In this document: piece by piece, positions 14,055-28,469 of the stretch
Layout of the letters: each line of letters begins with the position of its first letter
Position numbering within the stretch: the stretch's first letter is position 1
Source of the DNA: Eledone cirrhosa
Lineage: Eukaryota
DNA: 64,000 bases
NCBI GenBank assembly: GCA_964016885.1
Contig: OZ024743.1
Span: forward strand, 198,462,001-198,526,000
Direction: 5' to 3'
The notes under the pieces: model-generated
Database searches by the model: none
What the model saw: the letters and a program-made list of their open reading frames with translations, nothing else
What the model was told of the DNA's origin: nothing
Program-made: the position numbers and the translations under genes

Positions 14055-14644
14055 TGTAGTTCCTGTCTGTTTGTTTGTTCACGAACTCCTCCAAAGGTTT
14101 TGGAGATAGACGCCCATAACCATATATATTCTGAAACTACAGGGTACTTCGATAAGTATATTTCATTTTAATCAAAGAGTTCCACGGAGACACAAACCCC
14201 CGCTGAAATGTTTTCTCTTCGATTGATATGAAATTTAAAGCATAGGTAAATGACAAGATATGATGCCCATTCACAAAATTTCAGCAAATTGCAATAATAT
14301 TAAAACACCCTAATGGGGTTAAACCCCCTGTAGTGAAATTTCGGAAGCCCATAACTTGAGTATTGGAACCTCTATTATCACTTTTATATTGGAACCTCTA
14401 TTATAAAATTAAAATGATCAAGTTTTGAATTGATATTTTGAAAAAAATTATTTACAAGAAACAAAATAAGAATAAGATTTGTAATTTTGATTTGATATAT
14501 TTCAAAAAATAATGTTTTCAAATTTTTCAGGCATTACATTTTACATCGAGTAATATTGAAATACAGAGTTTTTCTCCATAAATTGTATCACTGATTTAAA
14601 ATCAATCATCATTTTCTTACAAAAGGCGCGGGTAATTCGGCTAG
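14051..14644 (+). mobile_element. Non-autonomous Helitron-like element
   Basis: Begins at a TA run with a CTGT/TTGT microsatellite; ends GGCGCGGGTAATTCGG-CTAG followed by T (CTRR-type terminus); internal 18 bp direct repeat TATTGGAACCTCTATTAT. Confidence 0.6.
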
Positions 14645-14728
14645 TGTATATATATATATATATATATATACTAGCCGAATTACATATACATAAATACTTT
14701 GACATACATTCTTACATGCATAAACACA

Positions 14729-14785
<57 letters not shown>

Positions 14786-15342
14786 ACACACACACAGGCG
14801 CGCATATATAAATATAAGTATATATATATATATATATATTTCACATTACCCTTCTCGATCAGTACATTGAAAAGCTCCGAGGAGCGTAACTCGAGCATCC
14901 TTGAAAGTAAATTCAGCAACAGTAATAAATAATACTAACACCAGCTCCATCATCACCAACAAAACTTATAGTAATAATAATTATAGAAATATGTGTATGG
15001 ACGTATGTTTGTGTGGGCGTGTGCATATATAAAATAAGTATCATAAATCTAGAATTGGAAAATAGGGCTTCAAATTTTGAGAGAAGGGATTTGTTTTCGG
15101 TAACAGTAAAGAAACGTTTTTATATATGAGTATACACACTCTCACACACACGCCCAAGCACATACAAACGCACGCACACCCATGTACAAAAACACCCATC
15201 TACACCCACACAGAGACGGCTATTTCAATATATATGTTCGAATACTAATAAACATATATGAAGGGAAAGGGAATAAATGAGAATACACACGCAGACACAA
15301 AGACACACAGACACACTCTCTCAAGCACACACGCACACACAT

Positions 15343-15386
<44 letters not shown>

Positions 15387-15419
15387 GTGTATATATATAA
15401 GTATATACATATATATATA

Positions 15420-15635
15420 TTGTTATACTTGGGGAGGGTCATATTTGTGTAAGAATATTGCTAGAATTAATAACAGAACACACTCACTGTTTGGTTGGGT
15501 TTCGCCTCTGTGTCTTTTATATCGGTTAATTTAATTTATTCGGTCCTCAATGTTTCCATTGACTGACCAACGGTCAAAAATACATATACAATATAGACAC
15601 AAACACATATATACAGTGTAACCTCGCAAAACTAA
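15420..15635. mobile_element. TA-flanked PLE-like fragment (family D), copy 1
   Basis: Shares TTGTTATACTTGGGGAGGGTCATA...AACAGAACACACT and the tail AACCTCGCAAAACTAA with 15858-16013; a small piece is also at 3738-3772. Confidence 0.55.
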
Positions 15636-15685
15636 TTCATATATATTTATATATATATACATATATATGTATACATATATATATG

Positions 15686-15765
<80 letters not shown>

Positions 15766-15789
15766 GTTATATATATATATATATTTAGG

Positions 15790-15825
<36 letters not shown>

Positions 15826-15857
15826 TATATATATATAAATATATATAAATATATATG

Positions 15858-16013
15858 TTGTTATACTTGGGGAGGGTCATACGTGTATAATATTGCCAGA
15901 ATTAATAACAGAACACACTTAATTCTGGCAATATTACACAAATATGACCCTCCGCAAGTATAACAATATTTGTTTCAACACACGATTTCATATAAAAAAC
16001 CTCGCAAAACTAA
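15858..16013. mobile_element. TA-flanked family D fold-back insertion
   Basis: Imperfect hairpin 15858-15966 (~48 bp arms), then tail AACCTCGCAAAACTAA and (TA)n. Confidence 0.65.
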
Positions 16014-16072
16014 ATATATATAAATATATATATATATATGTATGTATGTATATATGTATGTATGTATACATA

Positions 16073-16625
16073 CATGGTCGGGTCGCTGGCAACCCCACCA
16101 AGGTTTCTTGGTGAGGAGGGTGACTTTGGACATCCTGCAGGACTAAAAACAAAACCTGTCAAAGGGCAAAGGATCTCTTAAGAGTCAATGGCCATCCAAA
16201 ATCACCTGGAGAGATGACCCCTTAGCCTTTGTCAAGGCAGAATTCTAGGAGAACGAAAACTCTGATATAACACCTGAAACCCTGATGGTATCCAATGATC
16301 TTGACTTGTTCTTCTTTTTGGTAAATATCATCTTGGTTAAGAGAGTGGGACTTGCTTTGTCTAGTGCCTTTGCTCACTATAAAAGCTTCATGGCACAGGC
16401 ATTGCTTCATATCTGGAGATCTCTCTGCACTTGTCGTCACATGGTACCATGGGCCCAGCACTATGTGTCAATAATTGACACAAGTGTAGTGTTTGTACCA
16501 GAGTTTTCAAGTCGCTGGCTGGACTAAAAAGTCACACTCGTTCAGCGCATTGGTAGGGGTTCTCCTACATGGATATAAAGTAGTGGCCGTACTCGAAAAC
16601 GAGTTGGCAGCCACCATGTATGTAT
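16073..16625 (+). mobile_element. Non-autonomous RTE-like element, copy 2 (5'-truncated)
   Basis: Reverse complement of 7449-8091 lacking the first ~50 bp; ends GGCAGCCACCATGTATGTAT. Confidence 0.8.
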
Positions 16626-16665
16626 ATAAGTTTGTACATATGTATGTATATATATATATATATAT

Positions 16666-16750
<85 letters not shown>

Positions 16751-16776
16751 AATATATGTTTATATATATATATATT

Positions 16777-16826
<50 letters not shown>

Positions 16827-16852
16827 AATATATGTTTATATATATATATATT

Positions 16853-16883
<31 letters not shown>

Positions 16884-16911
16884 TATATATACATATATGT
16901 TGATATATATT

Positions 16912-16985
<74 letters not shown>

Positions 16986-17201
16986 TATATATATATGTAT
17001 ATATGTATATGTATATATATATGTATATATGTATATATATATATGTATGTATATCTGTATATATTATATGTATATTCTAACAACAATGTTAAAGCAACCA
17101 TATAATTAAGAATGCATATTCATATAGAAAAATATTTCTAATCTTATAAAATATGTATAAATCTATGATTATTTGTAGCATGTAATTAAATATGTATTTT
17201 C

Positions 17202-17272
<71 letters not shown>

Positions 17273-17419
17273 TATATATATATATATATTATATATTCGT
17301 ATATGAATACATATACATGTATATATATGTATATGAATACATATACATGTATATATATATATGTGTATATATGTATATATATATACATATATATGTATAT
17401 GAATATATATACATGTATA

Positions 17420-17461
<42 letters not shown>

Positions 17462-19154
17462 CATGTATACATACACACGCTCCAATACATACGGGCGCGT
17501 GTGTGTATGTACGTGTGCGTACGGACTGTTAGAGAATATGTAAGTATATATGTATAAAATAATTATTTCGATAAGCCATAATATGTTGATGGTCTTAAAG
17601 GAATGAATGATTAAATATGCAGTTCTCTCAGCCCTCTTGTAATTCAATAGTTTCGGTATTTTCCATATTCCGAATTACTTCCAGATTTCACATCTCTCAT
17701 TTGTTGTCGCAATTTCCTAAACCATCCATGAAAATGGTACTTTAATAGAAAGGAACCTCTTATAGCCAACCATCAAAAGCAGACAAAGAAACTGAAAATG
17801 ACACCCATCAAAATGGATTAAGGAATATTAATTTCAAACTGAAATAAAAGTTAGGAAAATCAAGAGAAAGATTATCAATTTCTTTCTTTGATTTTAAACG
17901 CGTCCAACCAAATGCTAACTTTGGAGTATCAACAAAATAGACACAGAATAAAACTAAAAAAAAAAAAGAAACTATGCCCCAGCATGGCCATATCTTGCTG
18001 GCTATAGGTAGTAAAAGAAAAAAAAAACATGGAGTCATGCAGAGTTTTCTCCTTAAAAATATGACATCATTCCATGGAAGTCCTTATAGGTTTTCTCTTT
18101 AGCTTAATTCAGGCATATTTCCTTAACGTCACACTTTTCGAGTATCAGTGATCAGATCGTTAATGTAGGAAGAAACCCTTTGATGCTTAATCATATATAC
18201 CATTAAAACTAAATTAATAATACAGTGAATATAACAACGTATATGTGTATGTGGGTGAGGGCTTTTGTGTGTGTGTGATACAGAGAAAGAGAGAGAGCCA
18301 TTGTGTGTGTGAGTGTGTGTGTGTTGGAGCGTGTGTGTGTGTATGTTTCCATATGTATCTGTGTGCTACAATTCTTAATACAATTCTACAATGTTGTATG
18401 CAATGCTATATTTGGCCCGTCATACTGTAAAGCACAACATTGAAATATATAGTTCATATAAATATATATATACTATAAAAGCTTATTTACGTAAACATAT
18501 ACATATATAGTACGTGCTTTTAAAACATATATGAGTAAACAATATGTTATTTAGGAGTGTAACAACATGTATAGGTAGCGCGCTGTTCGAAGCACTCGAT
18601 GCTGTTACGAGTGCCTGCAGATTAGGCCACAATTTAGACCGACCTTACATTCTGGAGATATAGTAGATATTGGGCCTTAGAACCTTAGATGCTGCATTTT
18701 TCCGTGTAAAGACATAAACAAATAATATATCAACCCTGTTACCAATTATATATTAGTTTTAATATATATATATATATTTATGAGATTTATTTATTTTGGT
18801 CGTTTTGGAAGCCTCAACAATGCAGATGGGTAAATCTCCGGGTAACAGAATCCGGTGGTGAAGAGAGAGATGTGAGGAAATGTAGAATTAGATGTATAGT
18901 GTGTAGAGGAACGTAGGAAAGAGCGCAAACATAAAAATAATAAAACGAGATAGAGTTACCTTGGGAGAGATTTAATTGTCCCTATATTTTGGATTCGCAT
19001 CCATCAGCTGGGGGGTTTTCCGGGGGAGGGGAAGTTATCTGTCGGAGAGGAACGGTACGTGTCCTCTATATATATATTAGTATTAATATATAAAGGAACA
19101 AAGAATCACTGTAATCATATACATATTTAATTACATATTATATATGTTTCACTG

Positions 19155-19440
19155 CTCCCCAGGTGCATCAAGTGCTCATTCAGCATACCGTTTATGGACG
19201 CTACCATGACTGCACACCTCTCCCTATATACATAAGAGTTCATTTTCCAGTCTCCTTCTCAACAAGGAAGATGAAAAAAACTTACCTCAACACTTAATTT
19301 TAAATCTTTAATTTTTAGTTTTTAATCCTTATTAATTATTTTTAATTGTAATACTCAACATTTGATGAGATGAATTTTACTAATACATCGAAACCTGTAA
19401 TACTTTATATACTTTATATACATTATAAAAGTCTTTTTTT
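19155..19440 (+). mobile_element. PLE 3' end with near-canonical hammerhead (19359-19402)
   Basis: TTGATGA-GATG..CATC-GAAA-CCTG-TA (one core change); the upstream reading PIYIRVHFPVSFSTRKMKKTYLNT* weakly resembles a GIY-YIG C-terminus. Confidence 0.5.
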
Positions 19441-19568
19441 AAAAATAATTCTCCCTCTCATTTTTTTAATAATGCCACTTTGACGAATCAAAAAAAGAAA
19501 AAAAAAAGTAAAAAGAAAAACAGACCATTAAATATATTTTCGATGGTATTTCCAATTTCAGCTTTTGG

Positions 19569-19614
<46 letters not shown>

Positions 19615-19618
19615 CCCC

Positions 19619-19663
<45 letters not shown>

Positions 19664-19671
<8 letters not shown>

Positions 19672-19857
19672 TAACAGATTAAAGTTTAAGCAAAGAATCG
19701 TTGCTTTCACCCGTGAAAGCAGCGATTCGTTGCTTAAACTTTAATCTGTTACTTTAATAAATATTTGCTCTACGGTTCTTATATATTTGATATATATTTA
19801 TCCTTATCGAGCCCTCTTTGGATTTTAGACTTCAAATTTATTATAATTATTATATAA
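19664..19857. mobile_element. TA-flanked fold-back insertion (family F)
   Basis: Hairpin 19664-19759 with ~47 bp arms and apex CAC-CC-GTG; the same sequence recurs at 51062-51105. Confidence 0.65.
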
Positions 19858-19929
19858 TGCACTGGGTAATTGCTGGCCCTGTGCCTAAAGTAGAAACAAT
19901 TATTATATATATGTATATATATATAATTA

Positions 19930-20125
19930 TCATCATCATCATCATCATTTTACGTCTTTTTTTCGCTGCTTGCAGGGATGGGACGGGTCCTATTCAGCAC
20001 AGCATCACTCCACTTGTCAAGGTCCTTCGTCATCTCCTCCGTAAGCTTCAGCGATCTGAGGTCTGTTCTCACCACCTCTGCCCATGCTTTTCGTGGTCTT
20101 CCTCTACTGCGTCTTCCTTCTACTG
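19930..20125 (-). mobile_element. 3' end of RTE-clade LINE with (GAT)n tail
   Basis: Peptide EGRRSRGRPRKAWAEVVRTDL...DLDKWSDAV is the typical RTE ORF C-terminus, followed by a short UTR and (GAT)n. Confidence 0.88.
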
Positions 20126-20542
20126 TGTGTGCGTGTGTGTGTGTTTTCAAATGAAATATGAAATACCGGCAAGCAGGGAATAAGGAGTACTGTGGGATCG
20201 TCTTGCTTATTAGTATTCGAATACGTTGGTAAGTTGATATTGTAGGGTGATTGTTGTAACAGAAGAAATAGGAAAAATAGTAAACGCTCTAGAAAGGGAA
20301 AGTGAACTGAATTTGTAAAGCTAAATTGAAAGTGACATACGGATTTATTCTTTGTGCCAGTATTATTTTTACAAGAAAATTTAATTAAGTACAGAAAATA
20401 TGAAACCAAAGATTAGCCTATGATATAGCCTCCATATATATATATATATATATAAAACCTGCGGCTCAGTAGTTACCTATTATGTTGGTCTTTTCTTCTA
20501 TTCGGGTTATAGCTACTGTCGCTCAGAGAATGGGATTGGCTG

Positions 20543-20680
20543 AGTGCACAGTCTTTCCTCACTTTAAAAAAATATCTTCACGCACAGGAATTGCACGATA
20601 GAATTAATTAATAATTATTAATAATGGTATATAGTTCAATGGCCATACTCGATAACGAGGGGGCAGCCATCATGTATGTA
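20543..20680 (+). mobile_element. Retroelement 3' end with (TGTA)n tail, copy 1
   Basis: Near-identical to 22851-22988; terminal TGGCCATACTCGATAACGAGGGGGCAGCCATCATGTA parallels the 3' end of the 610 bp element. Confidence 0.7.
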
Positions 20681-21387
20681 TGCATGTATATCCCCCAAAA
20701 AGCGGGGTTTACAGGACATGGACAACGAAAAAAAACGGACTGTCTCATCTGTTCCGTCAACCACAGGAAAATTGTGAACCCGAGCTTACAGTAGATAGAA
20801 AATACTTACCCAAGATTACCCGAAACCACAAGGCTTCATCATACATTTTCTTTATTTATGGTGTTGTTATTATTGATTTTTTTTAAAGAGGCGATGTATT
20901 ATCAGAATCGTTAGCTCATCGGTTGAAATATTTTGCAGTATTTCTTTGTGGTCCACTACTTCTGAGTTCAAGTTCCGTTGTAAACAATTTGCGTCCAAAT
21001 TTTAAAATAATCATTTTTAATTGACTTCCTCCTTTTCATTTGCTGACCTAAATTAGAAGCCATTATCGTTTTTTTTTTCTTTTTTGTTGTTGTTACTTGG
21101 CCCTATATCAACATATATTTGATCGAAAGCATTTCTTTTTTGAAAAACTCATCATGTATTCAGCATTATCCTCTATAACATTACTTTGTTTTAATAATTC
21201 AGTGGTATTGGATTTGAGAAGGATTTGGCAGCTATTTCTAAAATTTCGACCATTTACGTAAATACAGCAACAATTGTTCGAATATATCCATTAGGTTTCA
21301 AGCTAATTTCTGGTTAGATCGTATAGTTTGTTTACCCAATACTCATGGATGTGCATATCAGGGAAACTATTGCCCTCAAATATTATG

Positions 21388-21598
21388 CGGTGGATTGGCA
21401 TTATCGGTAGAGTGTCGGACAGCATGCCTAGCGGTATAGAGTTACTGTTCTGAGTTCAAATCCCACCGAGGTTGGCTTTACACCTCATCCTTACGAGGTC
21501 GATAAAATGAAGTACCATTAACGCACTAGGGTCGATTTTATCGACTTTCCCTTCCCCTAAAATTGCTGGCCTTGTGCCTAAAGCTGAACCCAATATTA
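21388..21598 (+). mobile_element. tRNA-derived SINE family 1, full length
   Basis: GGTGGATTGGCATTATCGGTAG head, B box GAGTTCAAATCC, central domain and GGCCTTGTGCC end. Confidence 0.9.
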
Positions 21599-22308
21599 TG
21601 CCATTAAATGTAGCTAAGAATTTCTATGTGTTATTCAAAAATACTTAAATATTTGAATAAGTTTGTCATTTTATACATGATAAACAATTGGATAAAAGAC
21701 AATCGATATTAGTATTTAACTGGTACTTATCTTTAGCAGCCTGGGTAAAATTCAAAGTAAAGAGGGCTTAGACAACATTTGAACTGAAGGTTTAATGAGT
21801 CAAGACTAATTACTACGAAGCATTTTTCTTGTTCTTTGCCGATTCTTGAATAAATAAAAAAAGGAAAGAATTTACTAGGCCTAATTTTTGACCCCGAATA
21901 AGCAAACTTACTCTATATACACCTGCAGGGAACTCTCATAGAAAATATATTTAGAAATCAACTAAAATACAGATTGAGTTAGCCCCCATTGATAAAAAAC
22001 ACAAACTACCGGTCAACTGGTGTAGAAATAGAATCATTAGCGCTGTACCAAAGGGTGCCAAAAATGAACAGGAGGCTGGTTATTAGGATAACATTTATTT
22101 TTCTTCATCTGTCGGTTGCCAGTTCATAAAGTCAATCAGGACGTTATGAAAATATGTTTCCGAATTTTCGGCTCATGTACTTGTTAGTGGGGAGTAGGAA
22201 AGTTATCTTACGTGATGCTGCTTGTTTGTAGTTAAATATACCCCCAGTTGGACCGGCTGTTTCAGTGGAACATGGAAGGAAAGCCGATCGAAATAGCAAA
22301 GGTGCCGT

Positions 22309-22353
<45 letters not shown>

Positions 22354-22850
22354 ATAGTAGTAGTAGTAGTAGTTGTTGTTGTTGTAGTTGTTGTTGATTA
22401 ATACCGTGTCATTTTTGGAGTATCGAGGACAGCCTTATCTAATATCCACCTTCTATATCTAATGTAGTAGAATAGGAAATGAGAAAGGTTTTCTTTCTAT
22501 TTCTAATAAGTCAAACGTTGACGTAGAGGCTCTGCTGTAGGTTCGACACACAGATATGTTTCTTTATTATAGATAGAAATGTTTCTCACAGATAGTATGT
22601 TTATCGGAAATTATAATGAACATGTTTATGTCATTTACTTAAAGTACCAGTCGAGTACTGAGGCCGATTCTCCCTCTCTATTTATTTCTCACTTCCCCTC
22701 TCTCTCACTTCCCCTCTCTCTCACTTTCTATCCTTCTCTGGAAGAAAGCTGCTGTGTTCAGATCTGGAGTCGTATGGGCTCCACCTGGCTTAAAATACCT
22801 AAAAAACTGCATATGTATATGCATGTATGTATGTATGAATGTATGTATGT

Positions 22851-22988
22851 AGTGCACAGTCTTTCCTCACTTTAAAAAATATCTTCACGCACAGGCATTG
22901 CACGATAAAATTAATTAATAATTATTAATAGTGGTATATCGTGCAATGGCCATACTCGATAACGAAGGGGCAGCCATCGTGTATGTAT
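22851..22988 (+). mobile_element. Retroelement 3' end with (TGTA)n tail, copy 2
   Basis: Matches 20543-20680. Confidence 0.7.
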
Positions 22989-24541
22989 TTATGTAATATG
23001 ATAAACATTTATCGTATTCACAGTCTGCGACACCATTGAAGCCTTTTTTTAACACAATGCTTCGATATTATTGGGAGGTAAATATAGCTTTGACGAGTTG
23101 GTAGTTTTGCAATTGTGGTTCAAGTTAACGTTTTGAGAGAAAATAAAAGAAAGCAGGGCCATAAGTAGTGCATTGTATCATTTATTGAAGTTATCTTCAT
23201 AACTACTGCCTGAAGTATCACTTTCAGCAAAACTGACTATATCTTCAGACTCATCATCGCCTTCAATGGCTCTAATATGCACGTAAAGCTTTCACCCATG
23301 TACATTATTCGTTGCTTCTTCGCTGCGTTGATAGAAACTAATCTGTATGGTTCGTGGCATTTGAATTCTTCATTCGCCCAGGTCTCTTATTACTGTGCAG
23401 CAGGATATGTTCATAATGAAATTTAACCTGTACAAAGAGAATATCTAGCTTCTCCTCCTTGGTAAGGCTCCTAGGCCAATTTTCTATCGAGAAATTGTTT
23501 ATCCACAACTTTATTCTTCTTTTGGGGGTCTAAGAAACATTTCCTTATCTTTTCTTTCTTCTAGGCTCTGAAATACGATCTTCAACTTAGTCCTTTTCTT
23601 CATTTCTTTCCATAACTTTTGATCCGAAGCGTGGAGAAAAATAATAATAGTGCAAAAGAAAGATCTCAACAAGATCTATTAAACAGAAAAAAGAAAACGA
23701 CTGAGTAAAACACAAAAGAGGCCTTAATGATGTCGAGGACTGTTGGTTACATCTTTATATAAATTTATATTTTCACCTCCTCTGTTATATGTTAAGTAGC
23801 TGACTCACAGCACTCACACCTTTTAATTTTTGAGCTACTGGCTGGGTCGTATCTCAGAACCTTACATTATATAAAGGACTCGTGGTGGGCCGGACTGACG
23901 GCGTTCTTGGAGAAATGTTGTTCCTTTATAACACTCAACTTATCGAGAAATATTATAATGTAGTTCAGAAGGTAGAGACTAAATAATATAACACATTTAA
24001 TTCCACGTTATGGTGATTCTACTGAATACTCCCTCTCCTGTCCTAATGGCCACATATTGCAGAAGTCACGCTTGAATAGCTAGAATTTCATTATACCTTT
24101 AGAAATAAATCGTTTTAGATAATATAGCCCAATCAACAAGAAAAAAAAGGGGAAATATAGACAACGTGGTAACGGCTGTAAATCATTATATTATATATCT
24201 GTTTATCTGTTCAGATATCGTCGCCAACGAATTATCCCTCAAATATTATCTTATAGTTTTAAATGAAGATACGATTGCCATCACCAAAGGTCTACTTAAT
24301 GAGGTATGATCTGAAACTAAACAATAACAAAACAATTATATTTTAGTTTCATTTCCCATGTCATATTTGAACATTAGAATACTCATAGCTGTGTCATTCA
24401 ACCAAAAGATAAACCGAGTTGATGTTTTTAATTAAAATCATCTTAGGGTGAGTTTAAATCTCATAATTCTTGCCCCAGGCTCTATTTTCTTCGCAGTCTC
24501 TTTCTCTATCTCTTTTACACCCACTTCCTCACTCCCCTCCC

Positions 24542-24611
<70 letters not shown>

Positions 24612-24653
24612 GTGCTGTTTGTTTTAATATTTTTGTTTTTTCTGTTTACCTTT

Positions 24654-24684
<31 letters not shown>

Positions 24685-24763
24685 TTATATTTACATATAT
24701 ATAGAGAGAGAGAGAAAGAGAGAGGGAGAGAGAGAGAGGGAGAGAGAAATAGAGAGACCATCT

Positions 24764-24794
<31 letters not shown>

Positions 24795-26161
24795 TGATAG
24801 ATGTCATCATCATTATCATCATCCTCACATCTTCTCCCTTCGTACAAGTAGATAGCGCAGCATTTGTATTTAAATCTGCCTTCCGTCGCTCGGATGTTTT
24901 GTTCATTACCCATTTATCGCTCAAAGTTAAACCATACAGTTGATGTTTTCAATTTTAGTTTCAATATTGATTTCACATTGAATGAGGCTCAATCTTATAA
25001 AATCTTATTTCCTGTAAACAAGAGGGAAGGTCTTTTATGCAGACTCGCCTGTTTCTATATCATCTCTTTCTTTAAATCCATCATTTTCAAACAATCATCT
25101 GAATATTATCAATACTACTACTACTAATAATAATGATAATAATAATAATAATAATAATATTAATAATAATAATGATAATAACGTTTGCACTGTCAGCATC
25201 AATACGAAAAACTTGTAGGTTGCCTTCACATGATTCTTAAGAAATTAAGAACGTTTTATTGTGAAGTCAAAATGTTGTTAATAAGTGAATCTCATAGAAA
25301 TCTGGGTTTTATTACGTCTTAGTTCCGTTGTTCGTGGTCTGGTGAGTGTCGAATCAACAAAAGCTGAATGGTCTACAGATTTGAGATGTCACAGAGATTG
25401 CTTCGACCTGCACACAAGCACTGGAACGTGTGAGCAAATGGGGATATGTCAATGAAAAATTCTGGTAAAGAAATAATAAGAACTATTGAAAGCAATGAGA
25501 TATTAATGGCGATTTACAAAAGATATAAGGTTTTTCATCAACGTATAACAAAATGTTCATACTCTCAATTGAGTAATGTTCTTCAAAGCTATATGTGTTT
25601 ATATGTGCAATAGTATTTCTGTGATTGACCGTATGTGTAAACGTATATAACTATTAGCGAAAATGGTTGTAGCTACAGATGTTTATGAATGCTTTTGTCC
25701 ATGTGTGATTGTATGTTTTTGTGCTTCTCTGTGTGTGTATGTGTGTGTGTGTGTGCGCGCGTGTGTGAGTCTGTATGTGGCTGTGTGTGTGTGCGTATGT
25801 TAGTGTGTGCGTTTAGGTGTGAACATGCACGTTTACAAGTAATTGCGTGCTGTGTTTGCGTGTAATAGTAAGTGTTTCTCTGTGAGGTTGTGAGTCAATG
25901 TACAAGTGTTAGTAAATTTTGATGGGGGGGGGGGGGTCAAAGATGAAAGTGTAAGGGGAGGAGGCAATCCCCTAAATACTAAGAGATACTAGATGAATCT
26001 TCCAAAGTTCCTCCTTCACTTCCATTATATTCACCCTCTCTCCTCCTCTTAGCTTGTTCCACCCCTTCTACATCTCCGTCTCTTCCTTACTAACATCATC
26101 TTCGTCATAACCACCACCACTACCTCCTCAACACTGGCAATGCTACTATTCTTCTCTTTCT

Positions 26162-26220
26162 CTTCTTCTTCTTCTTCCTCCTCCTCCTCCTCCTCCTCCT
26201 CCTCCTCCTCCTCCTCCTCC

Positions 26221-26260
<40 letters not shown>

Positions 26261-26425
26261 TCTCATTATAATTACCAACCTCATCGTTATCATCATCGTC
26301 GTTAGCGTCGTCTTTGCCGTCATCATCATAATCGTCATAATCATAATCATAATCATCACCATCATCATCATCATCATCATTATAATAATCATCATCTTCA
26401 TAACCATCTTCATAATCATCATCAC

Positions 26426-26474
<49 letters not shown>

Positions 26475-26669
26475 TTCATAATCATCACCATAATCATCAT
26501 CATCATCATTATCATCATCATCATCATCATCATCATCCACATCATCATTATCATCATCATCATCATTATCATCATCATCATCATCATCATCGTCATCATC
26601 CACATCACCATCTTCATAATCATCACCATCATCATCATCATCATCATCATCATTATCATCATCATCATT
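26162..26669. repeat. Compound trinucleotide microsatellite (TCT/TCC/TCA)n
   Basis: Seen directly; source of the poly-D/E and poly-M ORFs. Confidence 0.97.
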
Positions 26670-26700
26670 ACCGCCATTAATATCAGATTCCCCAGCTCAC

Positions 26701-26829
26701 CCTGGTCTTCGACTCCAACATCATAGCAATCGTTAGTTAAAGCAACACAAACACCAAACAGGAACTGCTGTACCATTGTGTCATAGAACCAAGCTTGAAT
26801 CATTTTTGAAGTTCTTTGCGAAGCATTTG
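26701..26829 (-). CDS. Candidate internal exon (129 bp, phase 1-1) of an unknown gene
   Basis: Acceptor CCATTTCAG, donor GG|GTGAGC, single open frame NASQRTSKMIQAWFYDTMVQQFLFGVCVALTNDCYDVGVEDQ; no homology recognised. Confidence 0.3.
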
Positions 26830-27023
26830 CTGAAATGGATTCTAATTTATTTCACTTCCAAGTGAGAAACTGGTCCTAAATATTTCTTTTGAAACTCATT
26901 ACAAATCTTTAATTGCAGGACTTATATAGCCGTGTTTTCACGTGTGTGTGTGTGTGTGTGTGTATGTATATATATATACTGTGTATATACACACACGCAC
27001 ACACACACATATACATATACATG

Positions 27024-27173
<150 letters not shown>

Positions 27174-27180
27174 TATATAA

Positions 27181-27236
27181 ACGGAAAAAATGAAACGAAA
27201 TTTCATTTCTCACTCTTAGTACGTATACATACTTAT
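27181..27236 (-). mobile_element. Terminal fragment of hammerhead family B beside (TA)n
   Basis: GAAACGAAATTTCATTTCTCACTCTTAGTACG matches the family B end at 54723-54756. Confidence 0.7.
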
Positions 27237-27892
27237 ATATATATATATATACATGCACACACATACACATATATATACATGCATACACATACACACACAT
27301 ACAAACATACACACACACAAACACACACATATATGCACACACAAACACACATATATGCACACACAAACACACATATATATGTGTGTGTTTGTGCGTGTGT
27401 AAGTTTGTATGTGCGCATGTTTATGTAGACGTTTCTATGTGTATGTGTAAATGTTTGTGTGTGTGTATGTTTGAGTAGGTGTTTGTATATGTGTGTTTGA
27501 GTGTATATTTGTATGTGTGCAGTTGTACTTGAGTGTTTGCTTGTATATATATATATTTATGTGTGTTTATATCTCGGTATGAATGTTGTGTTTTCGGGTT
27601 TGTGTGTGTATGTGGATGTGTGTTTATTTGAGCATTTACTAATAGTATTGGAATGAGATACCTTAATAAGCCCAATCTCCTTTTATCTATTCATACTTGC
27701 CATGTAATAATATTTAGTTGCCTGCCATCTTCTTCCCTGGATCCCTTTTCTTTAGAGTTCCTTCGGTAAATATTAGAAATTACCAAGATTTATTGCGCTT
27801 ATATTTCCTCTTCCTATCTATATATCTAGTTTTCTTTCTATATATCCACCTATCTACCCATCTCTCTCTCTCTTTCTCTCCCTCTCTCTCTC

Positions 27893-27894
<2 letters not shown>

Positions 27895-27932
<38 letters not shown>

Positions 27933-27941
27933 CACGCACAC

Positions 27942-28033
<92 letters not shown>
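27895..28033. repeat. Long (CA)n microsatellite
   Basis: Seen directly; one of many (CA)n and (TA)n tracts (e.g. 9480-9940, 27020-27180, 40606-41100). Confidence 0.98.
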
Positions 28034-28035
<2 letters not shown>

Positions 28036-28092
28036 TTATATATATATATATATACCTAACTTTCTATCTCTCTCTCTATCTATCTATCCAAA

Positions 28093-28469
28093 TACCACTT
28101 TGGAAGAAGAATCAGGATGGAGAGAGAGGTGCTGTACCCCAGGATGTTAAATGAAAGGTGGGTGAAAGTGGCGAGAATGGCCCGAGTGAATGGGCCTTCT
28201 CTCTATATCAGCTTGTAGGTTGAGGAAAAGAGGAAGAGATGAGAGGGGTACTCACTCTTCGTACTCCTGGAGATGAGGGTAGCACATTTTTTCGGGGGTA
28301 TATGTAATGTCCCACATGTAATGTCCCACATGTAATGTCTCCCCCTATTGGGGAAAATCGATTAATTTTTAAATTGCATTTGTGATAGTATTTTACATGT
28401 TTTTAATGTATGTAAACTTCCCCCTTTGTATTTGTCCCCTTCTTTTGTGCCCCTGTGGCTAATAAAGAC
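28093..28469 (+). mobile_element. 3' end of L1/Tx1-like LINE
   Basis: Reading HFGRRIRMEREVLYPRMLNERWVKVARMARVNGPSLYISL*, then a UTR ending AATAAA, embedded in (TATC)n. Confidence 0.55.

Noticed and set aside
26049-26700. Poly-Asp/Glu and poly-Met ORFs
   Set aside because: Translations of a (TCA/TCC)n microsatellite that lacks stop codons; no domain or gene context
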